Positions 10,869 through 22,947 of a stretch of DNA of 64,000 bases are shown one piece after another. Positions within the stretch are counted from its first letter, which is position 1. Each line of letters begins with the position of its first letter. The position numbers and the translations under genes were made by a program. The notes below the pieces were generated by a model. That model worked only from the letters and a program-made list of their open reading frames with translations, was not told the DNA's origin and did no database searches. Source of the stretch: Centroscyllium fabricii (Eukaryota); the NCBI GenBank assembly GCA_051313645.2, contig JBNRSN020000029.1:46562001-46626000 (forward strand), read 5' to 3'.

Positions 10869-13800
10869 CTACTTTATCAAGGTCATCCGTGCTGCTCCTC
10901 CCATTCCTATTGCCACAACTAATTTTACTATAACTGGTATGTGAGAAGTAATGCGGATCCATGGGTGGATATTAACATTTATCCGACAATCCCATAGCTT
11001 CTCATACCACGGGACTTCCTGTAGTTCTACTTCTCTGTCCATTTCTAGTTCCCCAATGTTCCTTTGCAACATTACGTATTGTTTCACCATTTTACTTAAG
11101 CCCTCTTTTATCTCTTGCGAATGCTCTTGCAGCTGGGGTATGGGAGCCCCCAACGGATCTTCAGAATTGACCGATTCGTTCCTTAAACTATCTGGCACAT
11201 CTAGTTTCATTTCCTCCCTTGAGTGTACATACACCAATCTGGTGTGTCCAATTGTCACAGGGATCTTTGGTGTGAAGCAGAAGTTAGACATTGTGATTAC
11301 ACATACAAGGTTACTATATTGGTAATCAGTCTCTGTGGTGGCTATACAATACTGCCCTCTGCCTCTATATCCTGAGTGGGTGTGATTGTGAGCGACATGT
11401 GATATTCCAACACGCTCTGCCCTATTATAGCCGCATTCATCCTTAGGAACTTCTCCTACCGGATGTGGGCTTATCGTAAGCGTACCTTTCCCATGGCATC
11501 CGTTTATGGAGACTCCTCTTATAATACGATTCTTCCTGGTGGCATAGGTATCAATGGGATAGCATTGGAGGCATGTCTCACCCCTCACTGTGCCTATGTT
11601 TGTTACCTGGTACTGTGGTTATGGAGTCATAAATAGTCTCACCACTGGTATCATGAGTACCATGCCTATCATTGCTGTCACTTCTGCTTTGCATTTTTGA
11701 TCCCTGGATATATGTTGGTCATCCTCTTGAGGGCACAAGCACTCAGCGGGCCTGGATTCTGCCTCAGGCCATAGAGCGGTGTGCTGTTAATCCAGTCTGG
11801 TATCTCACCTCGTTGTATCTGTGCCAGATTGTGTTTTAACTGTCGGGTGGTCCATTGGCCATAGGCATGGCACAAGCCTCTCGCTACCCCATCTTTTGCC
11901 TGTTCTTCATCTCTATGGTTTAGTCTGTTGATAGTGCTAGCATGGTCTTCTATAACTTTGATTCCCTCAAGTAATTTCCTTATTGTGTGCTCTCCCAACT
12001 CTGATTCTTGTTGAACTAAACCAGATCTCTGTTGTATTACCCTTTGTAATTATTTCACACTACTCTGGACTCCTTGTATATCTAGGGCATTAATGAATGA
12101 CGTCCACGTATTTATTCCTGTGAGTACATCGTTTCTTAAGCCCCTCTTAATTCTTTGGTGGAATGCAGCCTGTCCCCTGAAACTAACAGCCCCTGTTGCA
12201 TCAGCAGCTTGGTTAATTACATTCCTTTTCATATATGCATACAACTCTCCAGTTTTAGTAAATCTTTCACAATATCCTGGCCATTATATTGGTTAAGTTC
12301 ATTAGTACCGGTACAATTTTGTGTCTCACATTATCATACAATTGTTCTCCCTCGGTAAATTACACCACTCCATTTCTGGGCCCAGCCATCAATTTCAGAC
12401 ACCTCCGTTCTTCAGGTGTCATTGTGATTGGGGGTGTTGTTGGTCCTAGGGTTGCTCCTTGTGCTGTGATCCTTGTTGTTGTTGGTTGAGGTGTTGTAAC
12501 ACCGTGTACAATAGTTCATCTTATGATATTGTCATAAGAACATAAGAACATAAGAAATAGGAGCAGGAGTAGGCCAATCGGCCCCTCGAGCCTGCTCCGC
12601 CATTCAACAAGATCATGGCTGATCTGATCCTAACCTCAATTTTATTTTAACTCTCCACCCCACCCAAACCCATGTGATCACCCGGGAGAGGCGAAAAACC
12701 AGATAAAAAACCCAGTAGCCAATTTGGGAGAAAAAATCTGGGAAATTCCTCTCCGACCCATCTAGGCGATCGAAAACTGGTCCAGGAGATCACATGGCCG
12801 ATCTGAACCTATCCTCACGTCCACTTACCTGCCCGCTCACCATAACCCCTAATTCCCTTTACTTCCAGGAAACTGTCTATCTCTGTTTTAAAATTATTCA
12901 AAGTAATAGCTTCCACAGCTCTCTGGGGCAGCAAATTCCACAGCCCCACCACCCTCTGGGTGAAGAAATTCCTCCTCATCTCTGTCCTAAATGAGTCACC
13001 CCTTATCCTTAGACTATGACCCCTGGTTCTGGACTCTCCTACCATCGGGAACATTCTTCCTGCATCAAGTCTGTCCAGACCAGTTAGAATTTTGTAAGTT
13101 TCGATGAGATCCCCTCTCAATCTTCTAAACTCCAGAGAGTACAAACCCAGTCTACCCAGTCTCTCCCCATACGTCAATCCTGCCATCCCAGGTATCAGCC
13201 TAGTGAATCTCCTCTGCACTCCCTCCATGGCAAGAACGTCCTTCCTTAGATAAGGAGACCAAAACTGCACACAGTAATCAAGGCTTGGTCTCACCAAGGC
13301 CCTGTACAACTGCAGCAAGCCCTCCCTATTCCTGTACTCAAAACCTCTCGCTATGAAGGCCAACATACCATTTGGCTTCTTAACCGCCAGCTGCACCTGC
13401 ATGCTCACCCTTAGCGACCGGTGCACCAGGACACCCAGGTCTCGTTGTACTTCCCTTTCTCCCAATCTATTGCCATTCAGATAATAGTCGGCATTTCTAT
13501 TTTTCCCCCAAAGTGGATAACCTCGCATTTATCCACATTATACTGCATCTGCCATGTCTCGGCCCACTCGCCCAACCTGTCCAAATCATCCTGGAGCATC
13601 CTGCTATCCTTCTCGCAGCACACACGCCCTCCCAGCTTTGTGTCATCTGCAAACTTGGAGACATTACATTTAGTTCCCTTTTCTAAATCATTAATGTATA
13701 TTGTGAATAGCTGGGGACCCAGGACTGAGCCCTGTGGTACCCCACTAGTCACTGCCCGCCACCCAGAAAAAGACCCATTTACTCCCACTCTCTGCTTTCT

Positions 13801-14655
13801 GTCTGCCAACCAATTCTCAATCCAAGTCAATACCTTGCCCCCAATCCCATGTGCCTTAACTTTAAATGCTAGTCTCTTGTGCGGGACCTTGTCGAACACC
13901 TTCTGAAAGTCCAAGTATATCACATCTACTGGTTCTCCCTGATCAATTTTCCCAGTTACATCCTCAAAAAATTCCAGCAGATTAGTCAAGCACGATTTAC
14001 CTTTTGTAAATCCATGTTGACTTTGTCCAATCCTGCCGCTGCTTTTCAAGTGCTCAGTGATTACATCCTTTATTATGGACTCCAGCATCTTCCCCACTAC
14101 CGATGTCAGGCTTACTGGTCTGTAATTTCCAGCTTTCTCCCTACCACCCTTCTTGAATAGTGGAGTAACATTAGCCACCCTCCAATCCATGGGTACAGTT
14201 CCAGATTCCATCGATTGCTGGAAGATAATCAGCAATGCATCTACTATTTCCAGGGCTACCTCCCTAAGTACACTAGGATGCAGACCATCAGGCCCCAGGG
14301 ATTTATCGGCCCTCAATCCCTTCAATTTCCCTAACACCATTGTCCGTGCAGTTCAGGACATATCCTTCCCCTACTTGACCCAACGCCTGCCAGTGTCTAT
14401 TAAATCTTACCATATTGCTGGTATCTGTCATTTTACAGAGTCCACATGGTTGTTGGTCCAAGTTCACCCAGATACCGTTACACCTGTAATATTCTTTTCC
14501 TTGTTTTTCACAATCACAACTGTGTGATATAATTAAGTTCCTCGTGGCATCTCCACTAGGGGATCTTGACCTGCAGTCCGTTATTTCAGCCTGTTATTTG
14601 GGCTTATAAGTGTTGGCAGCAGAGTAGTTATAATAAACCATCTCACTAGATCCAT
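10869..14655 (-). pseudogene. ERV env (class I fusion glycoprotein-like) pseudogene, full extent, with CR1 insertion
   Basis: Signal peptide, furin RIKR, fusion-peptide-like segment, heptad region (11678..11998), Cys-rich domain and C-terminal TM (10869..11588). Confidence 0.85.
12534..14338 (-). mobile_element. 5'-truncated CR1/HER1-type LINE, copy 2
   Basis: Same as copy 1, offset 12079, TSD ATTGTC. Confidence 0.95.
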
Positions 14656-14671
14656 GTTTATCTGTAATTTA

Positions 14672-14958
14672 AACATGTTTTACTACCTCTCCCGTAAAGG
14701 TCAAGTACCCCCTTCTGACCAATAGTGTCATGTAATCATGCACCGACCCGAAGGCATAATGGTTGTCGGTGTAAACATTTATCCATTTATTTTTTGTTAT
14801 TTCCAACGCTTTTATTAAAGCCACTTGTTCCGCTACCTGTGCCGACTTATTGCCATAAAGGGTTCATTTTAACAGGGGATTTCCTTCTTGATTTACTACT
14901 GCCATCCTGTTCTGTGTTCTCCATTGATATACTTTCGGGATCCATCTACATAGATAAT
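14672..14958 (-). pseudogene. Retroviral-type RNase H fragment, copy 2
   Basis: Repeat copy of 2593-2879. Confidence 0.85.
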
Positions 14959-14978
14959 TTATGGTAACTGCCATAACA

Positions 14979-16819
14979 CAACATGCCAGGGCAGCGAGAT
15001 TATGACAAAAGTATGAGGGACGGTGAGCATAGGCTGTACCGAAGGAACCGCTACCCTCACCAGATGGAAATCGTCGACTGATGGAACAAAGCTATACACA
15101 ACCAAGACCAACACCGCCTATAACCACCACACCGAAATCCCTGGAACGTCCAAAAACATTCCCAGGACCCAAGGGAGGACTTTTATTAGTGGACAATGGC
15201 AGAATATTATATGATCACGTGGGCCGTACTAGTGGGATTGAATTTGTCAACAATATATCTCCCAGCGTGGTGTAGCCCACAAGCCCAGCAGTTGCATGAA
15301 AACCCGAGAGAGAATGTTATAGACCAAGCTGCCCAGGCGCTGGGAACGCAGAGAAGGAGGGTTAGGAGGAAAAAAAGTATGTTAGGAGATGTAGGAACGG
15401 TATTTAACACAGGGACATTACTCGTTAATGCCTTAGACATCGATGCAGCAGACAGGAGCTAGGAAACCTGAATGAAAAACTGAAACGGGTGTTGAAGCAG
15501 AGAAACACTGAGGCGCAACAAGGAAGTCAGCTGGATAAGTAACAAAAAGCTAAACATGATGGAATGTCAATTACGAGGTCTAACCCAAGTATATCCCACA
15601 GAAACACACTGTATAACTAACCTCGCACAATATCTGAGGTGGTTATGATGATCCCTATAATGACCAAAGACCAAGCATCCTATCCCCTGTCCCAAGTAGA
15701 AAATATCAGGGTGAATCAGGGAAAGGGCCACGTGAGGTATTATCTGACGCAAAGCTACGCCACAAAAAAGGAGCCAACGTCTGGCGTAGAGAAAATGTTG
15801 GCAGGGATATCCCTGACAGGATGTAAAGAGTATGGAAATGGTGTAATGCTCCCGCACCCAGTAGGGACTGGAGAACAGACACAATGTGGATTCAATAAGA
15901 CCACAAACTGTACTGTGGAAATCACACAGGCTCGGTACGAGCCAACTCGTGTTGCATACAAAGGCAGAGGGGAATAATGTGTGACCACCAATGAAAAATG
16001 GTGCCATTACGGACCTCTCATATGCCCAGTCTACAATGCAAGCTTTTGCTTTAACCCCCAAGCACCATTGACAATCGGACACCAGCATTTGGTAGCAATA
16101 TTGTAACGGGTGTAGGTTGGGCCCAAATGCAATACACCGAAACAGCATATGTAGAAGTAAGGTACTTTAATTCTGGGCAGTAGAAGACACTAGTAACAGT
16201 GGGTCGATATATAGGCAGAAAGTTCACGGAGGCAACTAGTCCCAAAACAGAGGTCAGGCAGAAGAGAATCCAAATAGCAAAAACAGATCAATACCGGGTA
16301 GTCAGTCCACGAAAGCAACAAATCCAAAACGGGGTCAGGCAGAAGAGAATCCAATTTCCAGAAAGCAGGTCAGTATCTCGAACAGGCAGGATCAGAGAGC
16401 TTAGAACAAAACACAGGTTATCTCAGTCAGAAAGCACAAACGATCTGGCAACCACTGTGTAGAAAGCAAGGGCTTATATACAGCTCCTGATTATCACTGG
16501 TGACTCTGGGCTGTTCAATCAGGTGCGAGCAGTAGAGCTAACGAGGTGATAACCAGTTAAAGGGGAAGAGCCAATCTATGACAAATATATAAGAGAAAAC
16601 AAGTGACCCTCAAGGCCACGGAAGAGATTAAAGGGGACCCGCGAAATTACATAATCCCCGAAGCACTCACAATCCCCCAAACTCCCAGAGCACCGAAGAG
16701 GAACAAGGTGTGGCGACTGAGCTGTTGTCAAACCCAATCGAGAGCAGTGGAGAGCAACCAGTCCTCAGAGCAGTTCTCCATTATTTGAAATCCACAGATG
16801 TGGTGCAGATGGATTAATA
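14979..16819 (+). pseudogene. Second env pseudogene, copy 2
   Basis: Repeat copy. Confidence 0.8.
16102..16583 (-). mobile_element. Solo LTR, copy 2
   Basis: Repeat copy, TSD AATAT. Confidence 0.88.
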
Positions 16820-18828
16820 ACTTAGAACATAAGAAATAGGAGCAGGAGTAGGCACTTCGGACCTTCGAGCCTGCTCCGCCATTCAATATGATCATGGCTG
16901 ATCTTCTACCCTACCTCCACTTTCCTGCACTCTCCCCAGATTCCTTGATTCCCTTAATATCCAAAAACCTAGCGGTCTCTGTCTTGAATATACTCAACGA
17001 CTGAGCAGCCACAACTTCTGAGGTAGAGAATTCCAAAGATTCACCACCCTCTGAGTGAAGACATTTCTCCTCATCTCAGTCCTAAATGACTGACACCTTA
17101 TTCTGAGACTGTGATCCCTGGTTCTAGACTCCCCAGCCAGGGAGAAACATCCTGCCTTCTTCTACCCTGTCAAGCTGTGTCAGGATTTTATATATTTCAA
17201 TGCAATCCCGTCTCATTCTTCTAAACGCTAGGGAATATAGGGCCATACTAATGCAAGGAACTTTTGGTAATGCTAAGCAGGTTTCTAAATAAAGGAGATA
17301 TTCAATGGCTGGAGGTAGTGCAGAGAAGACAAAAAAGGTTCAGCTATAGAGCGTGAGGCCCGAGCTAACAGCGAGTACTGAAGGATTTATTCTTATTTTC
17401 CACGAAAGGCCCGCCCATGCTATTTGATTTTAAATCCACAGTAAACAAACTGGATGAAAACTGTGAGGTTGGGCAAAAATCAAGCCAGAAATTCCACATG
17501 GTGCCCACCAGTCACAGAAGGCATCAGTGAAACTGCATGCTGGTGCTTAAAAGGCCACACGGGCAGAATCAGTAGCTCGATGTGTTGGCAAGATGTCAGG
17601 AAGGGACGGCAGCCTGCCAGATGATCCTACACTCCGAACCTATGGGGCCGTGGACTTCCCCAGGGCCTTGGAGCAGACGGAGGTCGCCTCAAGCTTCTCA
17701 GCCTGTGTGACTGAGAATAAAGGGGGCGGGAGAGAAATGTAACCAAAAGATACGAGCAACCCCTCAAATAGAGGGCCAAAGGCAACAACAACAACTTGCA
17801 TTTATATACCACCTTTAATTTAAGAAAACATCCCAAGACGCTTCACAGGAGTGTTACAAAACAAAATTTAACACCGAGCCACATAAGCGGATATTAGGGC
17901 AGGTGATCAAAAGCTTGGGCAAATGTTTTAAGGCACTCCGTCAAGGAGGAAAGAGAGGTTGAGAGGATTAAGGAGTGTCTTCCAGAGCTCAGGGCCTTGG
18001 CAGCTGAAGGCACGGTCACCAGAGACGGAGTGATTAAAATCAGGGATGCTCAAGAGGCCAGAATTAGAGGAGCACGGATATGTCGGAGGTTTGTGGAGCT
18101 GGAGGATATTACAGAGATAGGGAGGGGCGAGGCATTGGAGGGAATTGATTTGGAGGATGAGAATTTTAAAATCGAGGCTTTGCTTAACTAGTAGCCAATG
18201 TAGGTCAGTGAGCACAGGGGGTGATGGGTGAACGGGACTTGGTGCGAGTTAGGACTAGGGCAGCAGAGTTTGGGATAGACTCAAGTTTACACAGCGTAGA
18301 ATGTGGGATGCCAGCCAGGAGTGCGTTGGTTTAGTCCAGTCTAGAGGTAACAAAGAAATGGCCGGAGAATTTCAGCAGCGGATGAGGTGAGGCAAGGGAC
18401 GGGCGATGTTACGGAAGTTCTTAGTGATAGCGCGGATATGTGACTGGTGAAATTCCACTTTTTCACCCTTGCAACCAGGCAATAAAGGCAGTTTTTTAAA
18501 AAAAAGTTAAGAAACGTTAAAGGCGTCGAATAAAGGCAAATTGTTGTTGAAACAAAGTAGCAAAGTCAATGGCCATGGGTCACAGCTTGTACTGGAGGGC
18601 TACAATAATATGCTAATGAAGGATGGACAATGCGACGATTCCTATTCGCTGAATCAAGAGTTTGGAATGTTTCTTCTTGCCTCGTGAAATAAAGACCAAT
18701 CAAAAACAAAGGCAACAGATTAAGCCAATCAACAACTACGGCATTCCGATCCTTCTAAAGGGTATAAAAGGAGCGGGGAGCGGCAGCCTGCCCCTCATTC
18801 AATTGTTGAGAGGTGTGAAGCGCGAAAA

Positions 18829-19236
18829 ATGTCGGGCCGTGGTAAAACCGGAGGAAAAGGACGCGCCAAAAGCAAGACCCGCTCCTCCCGAGCCGGTCTC
18901 CAGTTCCCGGTCGGCCGAATCCACCGGCTGCTGCGCAAAGGTCACTACGCCAAGCGGGTGGGGGCTGGAGCCCCGGTCTACCTGGCCGCCGTCCTCGAGT
19001 ATCTGACCGCCGAGATCCTGGAGCTGGCCGGTAACGCGGCCCGCGACAACAGGAAGAGCCGCATCATCCCCCGCCATCTGCTGCTCGCCATCCGCAACGA
19101 CGAGGAGCTCAACAAGCTGCTGGGCAGGGTCACCATAGCCCAGGGCGGGGTCCTGCCCAACATCCAGGCCGTGTTGCTGCCCAAGAAAACCGGTCAGCCC
19201 AGCAAGGTTTACGCCAAAGGAGACAAACCTCAATAA
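18829..19236 (+). CDS. H2A: Histone H2A variant, copy 2
   Basis: Protein identical to copy 1, stem-loop downstream. Confidence 0.97.
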   Translation: MSGRGKTGGKGRAKSKTRSSRAGLQFPVGRIHRLLRKGHYAKRVGAGAPVYLAAVLEYLTAEILELAGNAARDNRKSRIIPRHLLLAIRNDEELNKLLGRVTIAQGGVLPNIQAVLLPKKTGQPSKVYAKGDKPQ

Positions 19237-19893
19237 ATAAATCGATTCAACAACAACCACAAAGGCTCTTTTCAGAGCCACCCACCTCCTTTCTAAAGAA
19301 CTTCAGCCAGATTCTCTCTAACTTAGTTTGGGGGGGAAATTTAGCGAAGATTTACTTTCAATCTTGTATCGTTGTGACATCTGCCAGCGGACTTTTGTTT
19401 TGGGAGATTTGTTGATAAAATGTTTTCACTCGACATTTTTCGTTTTATACTTTAATAAAAATGTATTGGGGGAAATAATGTCACTGGGGTGTGGCTGTAA
19501 CTCATTGTTTCCAATGTATGAATCGGCTGTAAATTGAAAATCTGAATTCGCGGCCAACAGTATAAACGTCACATTTAACTTATGGCCTGTGGAGGTGTCA
19601 CATGAGAGTTTGAGATTTTATATATATATAGTTTCTGGATTTTGCTCCAGCAAATTAAGGTTTCCCCCATCATTTCGTGGCAGCGGCTTCTGGCAAAAAA
19701 AACTTGATACGTGACTGATTTGTGCAGATTGAACATGTGATGTATCAAGAATCAGCCAATTGGAATAGAGAATTTGTAATCCTTCATTAGCATTAAACTG
19801 TCTATATAATGGAGGAGTTGGGGGGCTCTATTTGTATGTTGCTTTGTGTTTTTATCAACTATTTGACGTGAAGAAGGAATTGAAGGGCTTGCC

Positions 19894-20304
19894 ATGCCGA
19901 CTGTTCCTGCTGTTTCCACCAGTTCCACCACAGCCGGTGCCAAGGGCGCCGTCTCCAAGAAAGGCTCGAAGAAAACCGCCATGAAAATGACCAGGAAAGG
20001 GGTCAGGAACTACAGGAAGAGGAGGAAGGAGAGTTACAGCATCTACATCTACAAGGTGCTGAAGCAGGTCCACCCCGACACCGGCATCTCATCCAAGGCC
20101 ATGAGTGTCATCAACTCGTTCGTCAACGACATCTTCGAGCGAATCGCCTGCGAGGCCTCACGCCTGATCCATTACAGCAAACGCCAGACCATCTCCTCCC
20201 GGGAGATCCAGACCGCCGTCCGCCTCCTGCTCCCGGGGGAACTGGCCAAGCACGCCGTCTCGGAAGGGACGAAGTCTGTCGCCAAATACACCAACTCCAA
20301 GTAG
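19894..20304 (+). CDS. H2B: Histone H2B variant, copy 2
   Basis: Identical protein. Confidence 0.97.
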   Translation: MPTVPAVSTSSTTAGAKGAVSKKGSKKTAMKMTRKGVRNYRKRRKESYSIYIYKVLKQVHPDTGISSKAMSVINSFVNDIFERIACEASRLIHYSKRQTISSREIQTAVRLLLPGELAKHAVSEGTKSVAKYTNSK

Positions 20305-21181
20305 AACCCCCACTCTCCCCAAAAAACCCTGCAATTAAATCACCAAACGGCTCTTTTAAGAGCCACTTCACAAAGTCTTAAGACGGAGCTATAAAACAAA
20401 ACAGACCTTTGAACAAATACTTTTGTTAGGCTGTATGTTAATGCAATGAATTGCCAAAATAATCGTCTGGTTAATTCATCTACATGCGTGTTCTATTTAT
20501 AAAAGCTGTTTTAATTCGCAAGTTATTTTTGATTACAAGAGTCCCCGAAGAGACTGGGAAATTCACGGGGAAGGGAGCAATCAGCTCTCAGTAAACAACT
20601 CAGAGAAGAAGAATGTCGGTTGAAGAATTTACTCTTTATATTCAAACCCAGGTGTACAGCGAAGATCAATGTTGCCGGAACGCCAATGTTGTGGAAAAAA
20701 GCGGGTAAAATATGAGGTAGCTCAAACATTAATGTTAAGTGACGCCACGTTTCGGCCTTCGAAGACCTTTGTTCTGGTCAGGGAAAGGGGAGAACTTTAC
20801 AAATGACATTTAAGGTCGAAACACGTCGCAAGACGCTTCACGGGTAATTGGATAAAGAGACGCTCAAGGCTTTACAGAGAGTTGAGCAGAAGTTTAATGA
20901 AAAAAACATAAGATTCAGAAGAACTTCGACGGGAGAAAGAGAGAATATCTCTGGAAATAAAGAATCGCTCTGAGGTGATACACGCTTTGGAAAGAAGGCG
21001 ACTTTGTTTTGTGTTTTGTTAGCGGGCGTTTTTTCTGATGAGACCTTTGGCTCTGCAGCGTCCGGTTCGCCTGGTTAAATAGCGCCGGCTGCTGGAAACA
21101 CTTCATTCCCCCAACACACACTCAGAGAAAGATAGAGAAAAGATCGACGAATCAGATTAATGAACACCTTAAATATCAAAC

Positions 21182-21197
21182 GGCTCTTTTCAGAGCC
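21182..21197 (+). terminator. Orphan histone stem-loop, copy 2
   Basis: Identical motif. Confidence 0.92.
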
Positions 21198-21796
21198 ACA
21201 AAAACATTCACAAAGAGCCGGACCGGGGGGTTGGGTGTGTATAAAAGGAAAATTGCAATTGACCCGATGGTATATTACCAAAATCATCCTTATTGAAAAA
21301 TAGAAAACAAATTATTTTCCCATTACGATACCGGAAATGATTAAACATTCGATTGAGGTTTTTTCCTGAAGTATACTTTCCAGGAATCATATGATATACG
21401 AACCAATATTGGTTTTTAACTGGTATTTTAAAGGTGGTTAAATTGTCGACAGCCGCAGAGCTGTGACCAATGGTGGGGCGGGAGACTCGGAAGACCCGGA
21501 GTCCTCAACCTGGGCGCCACTTTCAACAGTCCTCAGCCAGGTCCGCACCTGCAGCTTTTGCCTCAAATTGTTAATTTTGTTCTATTTTTCGTTTCAGTAA
21601 TGAGACTATCTCTCTGAAAATGTTAAATTGTTGCAATCAAATCCTGTCGTGCAGCTCATGATTATTACTGCACCTGTTTATTGCAATGTGCATCTCGTGA
21701 AAGTATAAACATATTTATGAACTCCTGCGGTTGCGGCGATGCCTTGTAGATAGCATTTAAATTCTGTTAGTTATTTACACGATTGCGGTAGGTAAG

Positions 21797-22603
21797 TGTA
21801 AGGGTAAACCGGGAGAGCTTCTTCTCCCCGAGACGGACCCTCTGATATAAAGGGTCGACATCCGCCTTATTCCCAATCAATCACTCGGAGTCCAGAGGTT
21901 CGTTCAGTAAAGCAACTTTCTACAAGTCGACAGGGGAATCACTCTTATTGGGATGAATGCTCCCCCATCGCTGAAAACCTCCTGCCTTATATATAGGTTT
22001 TGTTCTCAGTTGCGGCTACTGTTTGCAATTAGGTGCATTACACGTATACATTTATTTCTTCATACAGTTGGCTTCGGGTGCAAATTCTTTTGACCCCAAA
22101 CGTAATCTCAATATATTCCTCAGTTAGTGATTCATGGTTTGTGTTCTTTGGCCACGCTACAACAGACCTCAGTTCTGTTCACAGAAACACAGAAGATAGG
22201 AGCAGGAGTAGGCCATTCAGCCCTTCGAGCGTGCTCCGCCACTTTTGATGAGATCATGGCTGATCATCCAAACCCAGCACCCCCCTATATTCCCCGACAC
22301 CCCAACTCTAAGAATTATATCTCACACACATACTCATGAGCAATTTGTAGTCTCACAAATGATCTAACCTGCATGACTTTGGGTGGTGGGAGGAAACCGG
22401 AGTACCCGGTGGAAACCCACATGAACACGTGGAGAACATGCAAACTCCACGCAGAGTAGTCCCGTGCCAAGCACGATTGGAACCCAGGAGCTCCTTATTG
22501 CGAGGGAGCAGTGCTAACCACTGCACCACCGTGTAGTCCTTATATGGTTGGAGATTTATTCTGTGCCATAATCCCCTCATTTTAGCCCTTCTTAACCCTT
22601 TCA
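21797..22603 (-). mobile_element. ERV 3' LTR, copy 2
   Basis: Repeat copy. Confidence 0.78.
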
Positions 22604-22947
22604 GTCCCCCTTTTGGTCCTGATTAATCCCTTTTAATCATTGACCAACCCTATTATTTGTTCCGATTACGGTATCTTGCCGTGGTGGTGATCAAATCCAA
22701 CCCATTGGGTCACCTAGTTTATCTAATCATATTGTCCTGATTTCTATGCCGCCTACATTGTTTGCATCGACATATTATCCACACAAATACATAGGTTATA
22801 AGCATTAATGTTATTTGTACTATACGTCCGTTAAGCAGGTCTTTCTCCCAAGCTTTCGCTCGTTCGTAGTAATAGTCCATCTGCTCGATGGGAATCTGCC
22901 CAGGAAGTTTCTATAACAATTTCTATAACAATGAACAGCATACATCA

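Noticed and set aside
10869-11588. env ORFs as a domesticated syncytin-like gene
   Set aside because: Multiple stops, frameshifts and a CR1 insertion; no copy is full-length.
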